Assembly (NCBI GenBank): GCA_951812855.1
Contig: OX638337.1
Coordinates: 1,710,001 to 1,742,000, forward strand
Length of the DNA: 32,000 nt
Direction: 5' to 3'
DNA from: an uncultured Lentisphaeria bacterium
GTDB lineage: Bacteria > Verrucomicrobiota > Lentisphaeria > JABSQK01 > JAJFLO01
The notes beneath the pieces are model-generated. The model saw only the letters and a program-made list of their open reading frames with translations. It was not told the DNA's origin and did not search any database. Shown here in pieces: positions 1-9,393 of this stretch. Made by a program: the position numbers and the translations under genes. Numbering within the stretch: the first letter of the stretch is position 1; every line of letters starts with the position of its first letter.

Positions 1-1500
<1,500 letters not shown>

Positions 1501-1576
1501 CTTTTTTATTTACTTTTTGCGTTAAATCGTAAAGAGTAAATAAAAGACTATAAAATGATAATCGAATAATAATTTT

Positions 1577-1688
<112 letters not shown>

Positions 1689-1694
1689 TTTTTT

Positions 1695-1740
1695 AAGCCT
1701 TTATTGGGTAATAAGAATATCTCAGTAAAGGCTTTTTTTA
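1695..1740 (+). terminator. Rho-independent terminator of the rrn operon
   Basis: A perfect 9-bp stem, aagccttta (1695-1703) with taaaggctt (1726-1734), runs into a T7 tract (1733-1739) just after the 5S gene. The 22-nt loop is long for a canonical terminator. Confidence 0.6.
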
Positions 1741-1953
1741 TTTTAAGTGTTTTACATTTTGAGAGTTGCTATTTTAAATCAAATTAAGATTCTCATTTAA
1801 TGTAAGGGATAAGTATATCAGCAAAGATTGTGCTATTTTAAGTAAGTATGGTTTGGGTATTTTTATTAAATGTTCAAAAAATACGACCTTAGATAGAGTG
1901 AATAGAAGTAATCAATTTTATTTTTAAGGGGTAATATTGAACTTCACTATATC

Positions 1954-1968
1954 GGGGGGGGGGGGGGG
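1954..1968. repeat. 15-nt poly-G homopolymer at the left edge of the IS remnant block
   Basis: Direct count: atc + 15 G + taac. It sits between AT-rich host spacer and the G+C-rich 5'-truncated IS256 remnant. Confidence 0.95.
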
Positions 1969-1974
1969 TAACTT

Positions 1975-2845
1975 TTTTTCTGTAATTTCACTTCTCCGGG
2001 TTTTGGACCGGAGGGGGACCCGGGCGGTTGCGGCAGCAATCGGTTGGGCCGACGGGCCGGGCACTGCGGAAAGGTTAGACTGGACCTTCAGATTCCTCAG
2101 GTTAGAGGAAAAAAGGCTTTTGTCCTTCATCTCTTGAGCAAGGGCAACGCAGCGAACGAGCTCTAAACCTGGCTTCAGCAGAAATGTATAGTCAAGGTGT
2201 CTCGACACGAAAAGTAACGCAGATTATGAAAACTCTGTGTGGAACTCAGGTCAGCAGCTACCGGGTCAGCCGTGCCATAGCACTGCTGAATGATGAACTT
2301 GAAAAATGGTGCTGCAGAACTCTTTCATAAACCGCCTATTTAATCCTTGATGCACGCTGCGAAAAAATTCGTCAGGACGGAGCTCTACAATCGTGTGATG
2401 TCCTTATTACTGCCGGAGTAAATACGCAAGGAAAACGTTCCATTCCTGGCGTTAGCGTATCTCTTTAGTGAAGCATAAGTCCATTGGCGAGATTTTCTCC
2501 GATCCTTGAAAAAACGGGGTTTATCAGGGATCAGAATGATAACGACTGATGACATGAAGGACTTAAATCAGCATTAAAAACATGCTTCCCCTGAGTCCCT
2601 GGCAACGCTGCCAGGTTCACCTTCAGTACAATGCCACGGCTTACGTATCCGGGAAAGAAATGCACAGTGAGGTTGCCCAGACATCACCATAGACGATGAC
2701 GTACCGCTACTAATATGTCAGAAAACATAAATAAACAATTAAAGCGACGAACACACGTCGCATAACTCTTCCCAAACGAGGCATCACTGCTCAGATTTGC
2801 AAGTGCTATTTTGATCGGAATCAATGAGCACTGTTCGAGGAACAC
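1975..2845 (+). pseudogene. IS256-family (mutator-type) transposase pseudogene, 5'-truncated with multiple frameshifts and stops
   Basis: Translation across three frames gives colinear IS256 transposase blocks:
- RLDLQIPQVRGKKAF...
- MYSQGVSTRKVTQIMKTLCG..SRAIALLNDELEKW (2184-)
- YLILDARCEKIRQDGALQSCDVLITAGVNTQGKRSI.GV
- GLSGIRMITTDD.KDL
- KRRTHVA.LFPNEASLLRFASAILIGINEH (~2745-2832)

These blocks are interrupted by several in-frame stops and frame changes. The track ORF 1937..2137 (+) is part of this remnant. Confidence 0.85.
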
Positions 2846-3043
2846 CACCAAAATCAACCTGTACTTCGTCACCCGGATCACATTCCGGACGGCGAAAGGC
2901 ACGAAGAATTTTTCTTCGAGTTTTCGAACAAATCGTTGAACCGGTTGATAACTGGAGCTAAAACCGTGATTTGAAATTAAATCTTGATGAATTTGCCGGG
3001 CTGTTAAGCCTGATTCTAAGCCTTACTTGATTTCGTCCCGATA
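2839..3043 (-). pseudogene. IS21-family IstA transposase N-terminal remnant (frameshifted, truncated)
   Basis: Minus-strand translation reads YRDEIK*GLESGLTARQIHQDLISNHGFSSSYQPVQRFVRKLEEK. After a frameshift it reads FRRPECDPGDEVQVDFGG. This matches the IstA pattern (HTH region, then 'PGexaQvDfG') as I recall it. The catalytic core is absent. The junction with the IS256 remnant (~2840-2860) is ambiguous. Confidence 0.55.
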
Positions 3044-3105
3044 CGATTCACTGCACTGACCCTTCAAAACCCCGATTATCAAATTGGTATACTATTAACC
3101 AATAG

Positions 3106-3345
3106 CTGACACGCTATCGAGTTAAACATATGAACAATGAATTTGCTAAAGGTAACAGTCATATAGATGGGATTGAAAATTTTTGGGGTGTTGCCAAATC
3201 CAGATTGTCTAAATTTAAAGGCATTCATAAACATACATTTTATTTACATTTGAAAGAGTGTGAATTCAGATTTAATTATCGTGACCAAAATATCTATCCA
3301 AAGCTATTAAAAATTATTAGAAAATCTCCAATTAAGTTGTCTTGA
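3106..3345 (+). pseudogene. IS1595-family (ISXO2-like) transposase, C-terminal fragment only
   Basis: The open frame from 3106 (track ORF 3130..3345) reads RYRVKHMNNEFAKGNSHIDGIENFWGVAKSRLSKFKGIHKHTFYLHLKECEFRFNYR. This is the typical C-terminal tail of IS1595/ISXO2-like DDE transposases (H.N.IEnFW....K...G........YL.E.EFRyN.R). The whole N-terminal and catalytic part is missing, and the ATG is fortuitous. Confidence 0.85.
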
Positions 3346-3947
3346 ACCAAATTTTATTATCGGGGAATTTACAATACGTAACATTACAAAAAAACCTGGA
3401 ATTTCCCTTTACGTTAAAAGGACCCATCAATGATTCATGGGGGGGGACAAAAAAATTCGATCCCAGGCAAAGACGGTGATTAATCGAACCGGTTATGGTT
3501 TAAATTGGAATAAAGCATTAGAAATCTAGGGGTGTTGTCGTCGGGGAAGAGGTCGAATTACTGATTGATTTCGAAGCAAATAGAAAATAAATGAAATATG
3601 TGTAACACAGGTTAAATTAAACAAAAGATACCGGCTCGGACGTAATCTATTTTACCGTGATATAAAATTAATTTAAAATTTCGATTGGTGTATTTTAAAA
3701 ATCATCCTATATTCTCGGATAAAATTTTAGGAGGAAGCTGGCGTTTATTGGATATAAGGGGCCGATTTTGATCCAACTTAATTTTAATGTAAATGTCTTT
3801 CAGAATGGTCTAAAATACAGTTTCAGCATGTATTAATAGTTAATCGAACAGTTTATTTTTTCTGCCTATACTATAATGATGTCATAGACCGACGTATTAA
3901 AAATTGCAATTGTGATTTGGTCGAATTGAGTAATCGTTGGGGAGGGA

Positions 3948-3977
3948 TTGTATATGTAAGCTTTCCTCATAATTTTG
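3948..3977 (+). promoter_or_regulatory. Candidate promoter of the giant surface-protein gene (TTG ... 19 nt ... TAatTTTG)
   Basis: TTG at 3948-3950 and taattttg at 3970-3977 lie ~45 nt upstream of the ATG at 4022. This resembles the Bacteroidetes-type -33/-7 consensus (TTTG / TAnnTTTG). It is a short AT-rich motif and could occur by chance. Confidence 0.2.
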
Positions 3978-4021
3978 GGTAAAAAACTAAAATAAAAAAA
4001 AGTCAAAAAAGAGAGATTATT

Positions 4022-7000
4022 ATGAGCAAATTATTTTCAGGTTCATTCATCGTTGGATTATGTACTAAAATGTTTGAAATGAATACACGTCATCATTCTT
4101 CTAATTCATGTAAGTTAGGTGTGGTATTGACAGCTTTGTTTGTGTTTACTTTACAGGGATTCGGTGCCACTATCAACGTTGCCGCAGGAGAATCTATTCA
4201 GACTGCAATTGAAGATGCGAAGGCGGGCGATGCTATTCAACTTGCTGCCGGTGTGTATGAAGAACAGGTAACAATCACCAAAAATATTGCACTTATTGGT
4301 GCTGAAAGTGGATCAACAACGATTAAAGCACCAGCGGGAGATTTGGCTGAATTGCCCGGCAGAGGCGTTGACAGAAGTTATGTTGTCGGGGTGGATGGGG
4401 TGATTGCTGTAATTGAGGGCATCACCGTTGATGGGAACAGTTCAGGCGTAACAAATTCTAATCTGGTTGGGATAGCCGGGTTTGAAGGTGCCACGTTAAC
4501 AGTCACGGATTCAACGATACAAAATACGAAAAGTGGAACCGCCGGTGGAATTGGTGTGGCAAATTATGATGGGGAAAATTTGACTGTAACTGGTACTGCT
4601 GTTAAGGATTTCGGAGAAGCCGGCATTGTTTTTGATAGAAATGCAACGGCAGCATCAACGGCAGTATTATCAGGTAACACGATCACAGGATCAACAAGTA
4701 CTGTTCAACAGCTGGGTATCAGTGTCAGGCAGGCAGAAACAGTATCAGTTACGAAAAACGTAATTAGCGGTATTGCAGGCGGAACAATAAATAATGTCGC
4801 ATCATCAATTGCACTGTTTCGTAATGGAACTGTAACCGTAACTGAAAATACAATTACGGGTTCAAGCAGTCTTCATGAATACGGGATCACTGTTAAAGAC
4901 AGTGGCGGCACAGTTACAGTCCGTGGTAACAAAGTTGATAAAGCAGGGTTCGGGATTGTTTTCGATGGTGTTGATGTGACATTTTCCGGGACAATCATTG
5001 GGAATGATGTAAAAGGTGCTCCAGTCGATGGTGCTGGTATATGGCTTGACTCCGTTACAGGAACAGTTAAAAACAATGCGATAACCGGTAACGATACGGG
5101 TATTTTTCTGTTAGATGATAAGGACAGTAAAATTTATGATAATGAAATTTCCGGCGTTGGTGAGCCGGGTGGAAATAAAACCGATCCACTTGATCCTGCT
5201 GTTGCAACCGGGAAGGGTTGGTTTATCAGTAGTGATATAACGAAAGGTGCGAAAGTTTCGCCTGCTGAGGAACAGTTGGATGCTACGAATAATTGGTTTG
5301 GAATAACAGATTATGCTACAATCAATGCTCAGCTTCGGGGGAGCGAAATTGACACCGCCGGTTATTTTTTAACTGGTGACAGTGATAACGGTGCTGTCGG
5401 ATTTGTTCCTCCTGTAAATCTTAATCTTTCAGTTGATGCAGCAGCGACAGAAGACTTAGCTGCCTATACATTCAAAACAATTCAGAGAGCGGTGGATTTT
5501 GCTAAAGCCGGATATACCATTAATGTTGCTGCAGGAAGTTACGTTGAACAGGTAACGATACCAATCAGTCTAACCCTAACCGGTGCGGGTAGTGGAACGA
5601 CAACAATAGAGTCCCCTAAAGAAAGGTTGACTCGGCTTCAGGGGGATGGACAGGATCGAACTTATGTCGTTGGTGTTAATAATGCGAATGTCCTGATAAG
5701 CGGGTTTACAATTGACGGTTCCAGTGCAGGTGCAAAGAATGCCTATCTTGTCGGTATTGGTGGATTTCTTGGTGCACAAATAACTGTCTCCAATTGTAGA
5801 GTACAAAATGTAAATGGGGGGACAACGGGTGGAATTGGTATTGCCGGTTTTGACTCGGGGTCTTTACAGGTAACCGGCACGATAATTGAAACGTTTCGAC
5901 TGGCGGGTGTTGTTGTCAGGGGAAATGGTGGAGTATTTACTGATGCAACAATAGGAAGCACAACGGAAGCAAATACTATTACGGGAACTACAGGCAGCAC
6001 GGTCCCTCAAAGCGGGGTTAGTATCTCAGGTGTTACAACCGTTTCAATTGTCAATAATACAATAACACAGATTTCCGGGGCTTCTCAAAGTGTAGCTAGT
6101 CCGAATATAAATAGTATTACCAGTCCAATTTCATTATCAAATAACGGGACATCCACAATCAGTGGTAACACTCTTACGGGAACAGGCGGTCTTCATGAGT
6201 ATGGTGTTTCTGTCTACAAAAATACTGTTAGTCTGATGGTCAGTAAAAATATGATTCAAAAATTCGGGTTTGGAGTTGTTTTTGACGGTACGGGCGGAAC
6301 ATTCAGTGGAACAATTGATAGTAATACTATTAAAGATGCTCCCTTAGACGGTGCTGGAATCTTTGTTGATACAGTAACAGCGATAATTATCAATAACCTG
6401 ATAGCCGGTAATGATACGGGTATTTACTTGTTGAACGACAAAGGAAGCAGAATTAATAAGAATGAAATTTCCGGTGTTGGAGCAGCTGGTGGAGATAAAA
6501 CTGGAGCACTGGACGCAGAAGCAACCGGAAAAGGATGGTTCATAAGCAATGATATTACCGAAGATGGTATAACGTTTACAGTTGCAACGGTAGCAATCGA
6601 TGCTGCACAAAACTGGTTTGGCACTGTTTCTACAGGGACAATAGAAGCACAAATTAGAGGCGCTGTAACGATCAGGGAAATACTGCCTGTAGGAACTTCC
6701 ACGGCAAAAGGAACCGGTTTTATACCAACTGTTACGATTAATAGAAAGCCGGTAATTGATACAGCTATACGGGTGAATGTTGACGAAGACAAAACCGTCA
6801 TAATCGATGTTATTAAAGATGGAATTGCTTCAGATAAAGATTTTGCAGATGGTGCGGATACGCTTAAGCATGAAATTATCAATCAACCGGATAATGGAAC
6901 ATTGGTATTTGTCAGTGCTGCGGGTAAAGGAGTATATACACCAAATGTCAATTTCAATGGCGAAGATAAATTTACGTTACGGACTACGGACAGTAAAGGT

Positions 7001-9307
7001 GAAAAAGCGGAAGGCGTTATCAAAATTATCGTTGCAGCAGTTAACGATAAACCCACTGTCTCTGAGGTCTTTGTGAATGTTAAAGGGGTTACAGAAACCT
7101 CCGTTCCATTAAAAGTCACGGATGTAGATGATACTGCAGGATTCACGTTAAGTGTTACCAACTTACCCGCAAATTTTGTTGCCGTTATCGGTACTCTCAC
7201 AACAAATGTTGCGGATGGGAAAAAAGTTTTAGTAAATGATAGTGAATTTGATGAGGGTGATATTCCGTTGTTATTTACACCTAAAGCCGATTTTAATGGA
7301 TTTTTTACGTTTCAATATTCGGCTAAAGACGGAAGTAACGCACAATCTGAAAGTAAAGACGTACGGATAAATGTCGGTTCACCGGCGTGGTTCCCCGCAA
7401 TTGATCTGGAGACGGTTAAGGATGAAGATGGAAGAGGACCGCTCACAGTTGCTGCCGATGAACAATATGAGATAAAAATTAATAAAGTATCTTTTAAATT
7501 GGATGCACAGGGTAATGTGGATTTAACGAATAAAAAGAAGAATGTGATTAGTTCAAGTACAATTGTAATAATGAACATTCGTACATCAGCGACCAAAACA
7601 ATCGTTGATGCACGCGATTATCTTCTTGCGAAAAATCGGGGTCTTCAGAGTAATAAAAAAGATAGCAAGGATGCCTTTAAAGATGAGTATCGGGTACAGA
7701 TTAGTAAGTTTGACACTGACAATATGATGAATGTTGTTGTAGTATCCGACCGATTGGAAACTGTTGGCAGTGATGAAACTAATGCCGATAATACTAAATT
7801 GATCATTCCGCCTTTAACCTATGCAGCTCCGACGGTTGATGGGGGTATTCCTACAGAATTTGATGCCGACACTGCAACCAATCCACGTTTTAATGCTGCT
7901 GACAAAGATTATGATTTTGCAGTTAACTTGAAAAATGTATCCGGATTTAGGGTTCAGGTCGGAGAACCGACTAGAGATGCTGTTGGTATTATCAACGGTA
8001 TTGGAAAAATAGTTTTAGAACGACTTATTAGAATTGATCCTTATGATACGAATAATGGATTTATACGAACCGAAGGTCGCTTTGTTGCTGAAGGACTCAT
8101 CGTTACGGATGCGGGCGAGTATGTTGTTGCTGTAAAACCAATCAATCCTGACATTGAGGCTGTTGCTGTTGTGGGACTGGCTGCAGCAAATGTGATCAAA
8201 ATTGATAAAAAAGTTGAATTTACCGAAAAACCAAAAGGTATTGACGCAGGTGGTATTCTGGATACTTCAATGAAACCCGGAATAAACATCCCGGATTTCA
8301 AAATGACAGGATTTGATCTCGGCACCGTTGGAGCGAGTGGAAATGCAGAGGTAAAATTTGAATGGAATGCTGTACCGCAAACGCGGGAATATTTTATTTA
8401 TGTAACTGAATTTAGAGAAAATAAATTAGTTGTTGATACGACCAAAACAAAAGGAGCACTTTCCTTTACCATGGATTTGGGACCCGGTTTTTATCGTTGG
8501 CATATTATTACTCAGAACGAGGCTGGAAACGCACCATTCTGGAGTCCGCCTAAATTCTTTTTCCTTGGACCGCAGCCGATTTCAGCCAAGCCAATAATAA
8601 AAAACGTTACTGTAACGGGAACGGGCAATGATGATGGTAGAATATATTTTGGGGAAACGACAGCAATTAAGATAGACGTGGCATGGATTAAGCCAGGTGC
8701 GAAAATCAAGGTTCGACTTGCTTCAAGCATCGGAAATTTGGTAGAAAGAACGGAAGCCGTCACTGCGGGGGCTGCCACAACGACTATTAACATAGCAGAG
8801 GCTGATAGTGATATTAATTTTAAACTGGCGGGTGATCCGGAAAACCGACTTAGCATCCCAACCTATTTTATTACACTTACACCGGTGGCATCGGATGGCA
8901 CCGAAGGATCTATTATTCAACGAAGCTATGTACCGGAAGTAAAACCGAAAGCTGCAGAGATTAAGAAACCGTCAGTAATAACACTTACAGCAGCACAGGA
9001 CGGAGTCAATGTAGAAGGATTTACAGCGGATAGCTTAGCACCTACCAAGCTGACTTTTGAAGCCGCCATAAAAATACTGAATCCGAGAACTCGATTTGTA
9101 AATCAGGATGTTAAATCTGTACCAATTACAGGAACACTTGCAATTGATGCTGATGGTAAGGTTAATAATATTAAGTTTACTGATGATACTAATGGCATTT
9201 TTGTTAACCCTTTATCCACGAGTGAACTCATTTTGAAAATAAGGGTTAGAGGGGAAACTGATACCAAGACAGGGCCATGGAGCCGTCAGTTCTTATTTAA
9301 AATATAA
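4022..9307 (+). CDS. Giant secreted surface protein (1761 aa): 2 x right-handed parallel beta-helix module + 2 x cadherin-like domain + ~650-aa unassigned beta-rich C-terminal region
   Basis: Uninterrupted 5.3-kb ORF.
- **Signal peptide:** KLGVVLTALFVFTLQGFGA|TINV. The true start may be the internal Met at MFEMNTR.
- **Beta-helix:** PbH1-like coils (..ITGN..GI.L.., NTITG, GNDTGIFLL) form two modules that end in ATNNWFG / AAQNWFG.
- **Cadherin-like domains (~6740-7380):** they show N+KPV...V.EDK...I.....D.D.....L.HEI..QPDNGTL......G.YTPN.NFNGEDKFT....D..G......I.V.AVNDKPT.
- **Absent features:** I found no RTX nonapeptides, LPXTG, autotransporter barrel or recognisable T9SS C-terminal domain. 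Confidence 0.9.
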   Translation: MSKLFSGSFIVGLCTKMFEMNTRHHSSNSCKLGVVLTALFVFTLQGFGATINVAAGESIQTAIEDAKAGDAIQLAAGVYEEQVTITKNIALIGAESGSTTIKAPAGDLAELPGRGVDRSYVVGVDGVIAVIEGITVDGNSSGVTNSNLVGIAGFEGATLTVTDSTIQNTKSGTAGGIGVANYDGENLTVTGTAVKDFGEAGIVFDRNATAASTAVLSGNTITGSTSTVQQLGISVRQAETVSVTKNVISGIAGGTINNVASSIALFRNGTVTVTENTITGSSSLHEYGITVKDSGGTVTVRGNKVDKAGFGIVFDGVDVTFSGTIIGNDVKGAPVDGAGIWLDSVTGTVKNNAITGNDTGIFLLDDKDSKIYDNEISGVGEPGGNKTDPLDPAVATGKGWFISSDITKGAKVSPAEEQLDATNNWFGITDYATINAQLRGSEIDTAGYFLTGDSDNGAVGFVPPVNLNLSVDAAATEDLAAYTFKTIQRAVDFAKAGYTINVAAGSYVEQVTIPISLTLTGAGSGTTTIESPKERLTRLQGDGQDRTYVVGVNNANVLISGFTIDGSSAGAKNAYLVGIGGFLGAQITVSNCRVQNVNGGTTGGIGIAGFDSGSLQVTGTIIETFRLAGVVVRGNGGVFTDATIGSTTEANTITGTTGSTVPQSGVSISGVTTVSIVNNTITQISGASQSVASPNINSITSPISLSNNGTSTISGNTLTGTGGLHEYGVSVYKNTVSLMVSKNMIQKFGFGVVFDGTGGTFSGTIDSNTIKDAPLDGAGIFVDTVTAIIINNLIAGNDTGIYLLNDKGSRINKNEISGVGAAGGDKTGALDAEATGKGWFISNDITEDGITFTVATVAIDAAQNWFGTVSTGTIEAQIRGAVTIREILPVGTSTAKGTGFIPTVTINRKPVIDTAIRVNVDEDKTVIIDVIKDGIASDKDFADGADTLKHEIINQPDNGTLVFVSAAGKGVYTPNVNFNGEDKFTLRTTDSKGEKAEGVIKIIVAAVNDKPTVSEVFVNVKGVTETSVPLKVTDVDDTAGFTLSVTNLPANFVAVIGTLTTNVADGKKVLVNDSEFDEGDIPLLFTPKADFNGFFTFQYSAKDGSNAQSESKDVRINVGSPAWFPAIDLETVKDEDGRGPLTVAADEQYEIKINKVSFKLDAQGNVDLTNKKKNVISSSTIVIMNIRTSATKTIVDARDYLLAKNRGLQSNKKDSKDAFKDEYRVQISKFDTDNMMNVVVVSDRLETVGSDETNADNTKLIIPPLTYAAPTVDGGIPTEFDADTATNPRFNAADKDYDFAVNLKNVSGFRVQVGEPTRDAVGIINGIGKIVLERLIRIDPYDTNNGFIRTEGRFVAEGLIVTDAGEYVVAVKPINPDIEAVAVVGLAAANVIKIDKKVEFTEKPKGIDAGGILDTSMKPGINIPDFKMTGFDLGTVGASGNAEVKFEWNAVPQTREYFIYVTEFRENKLVVDTTKTKGALSFTMDLGPGFYRWHIITQNEAGNAPFWSPPKFFFLGPQPISAKPIIKNVTVTGTGNDDGRIYFGETTAIKIDVAWIKPGAKIKVRLASSIGNLVERTEAVTAGAATTTINIAEADSDINFKLAGDPENRLSIPTYFITLTPVASDGTEGSIIQRSYVPEVKPKAAEIKKPSVITLTAAQDGVNVEGFTADSLAPTKLTFEAAIKILNPRTRFVNQDVKSVPITGTLAIDADGKVNNIKFTDDTNGIFVNPLSTSELILKIRVRGETDTKTGPWSRQFLFKI
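4190..6660 (+). repeat. Intragenic tandem duplication of a ~440-aa beta-helix module (copy A ~4190-5340, copy B ~5476-6660)
   Basis: The two copies are colinear at protein level:
- SIQTAIEDAKAGDAIQLAAGVYEEQVTI..L.G / TIQRAVDFAKAGYTINVAAGSYVEQVTI..L.G
- DRSYVVGV / DRTYVVGV
- LHEYGITV / LHEYGVSV
- GFGIVFDG..VTFSGTI / GFGVVFDGTGGTFSGTI
- GNDTGIFLLDDK / GNDTGIYLLNDK
- NEISGVG..GG.KT in both
- ATGKGWFIS.DIT in both
- NWFG..... I.AQ+RG in both

Landmark offsets are 1347 nt at the module start and 1320 nt at NWFG. The copies are diverged, not identical, at DNA level. Confidence 0.9.
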
Positions 9308-9393
9308 TAAATTTGATTGATTTAATTTGGAGAAGAGAGAATTTTGTGGTATCACGGTACCTTAATCGAAATTATAAAATAAAGGGAATAATT

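Noticed and set aside
1505-1544. Hairpin in the 23S-5S spacer (tttatttacttt / aaagagtaaataaa).
   Set aside because: AT-rich stems in rRNA spacers are ordinary processing-stem features. Nothing is unusual about its position or size.
1924-2902. Minus-strand ORFs 1924..2208 and 2684..2902.
   Set aside because: ORF 1924..2208 is antisense to the IS256 remnant and has no recognisable similarity. ORF 2684..2902 is an out-of-frame read-through of the IS21 remnant or antisense of the IS256 tail. Neither is a gene.
4873-8920. Many antisense ORFs inside the 1761-aa gene (e.g. 5743..6000, 6424..6882, 6883..7200, 8512..8856), plus the + strand out-of-frame ORF 6807..7076.
   Set aside because: The sense strand is rich in GNN/ACN codons (Gly/Val/Thr/Ala/Asp), which depletes stop codons on the opposite strand. 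The products are low-complexity, lack starts with an RBS, and are wholly nested in a strongly supported ORF.
9100-9307. T9SS C-terminal sorting domain or autotransporter barrel at the end of the 1761-aa protein.
   Set aside because: The tail (...ILKIRVRGETDTKTGPWSRQFLFKI) does not show the type-A or type-B CTD motifs as I recall them, and it is far too short for a translocator barrel. This is left as 'not recognised' rather than 'absent' pending an HMM search.
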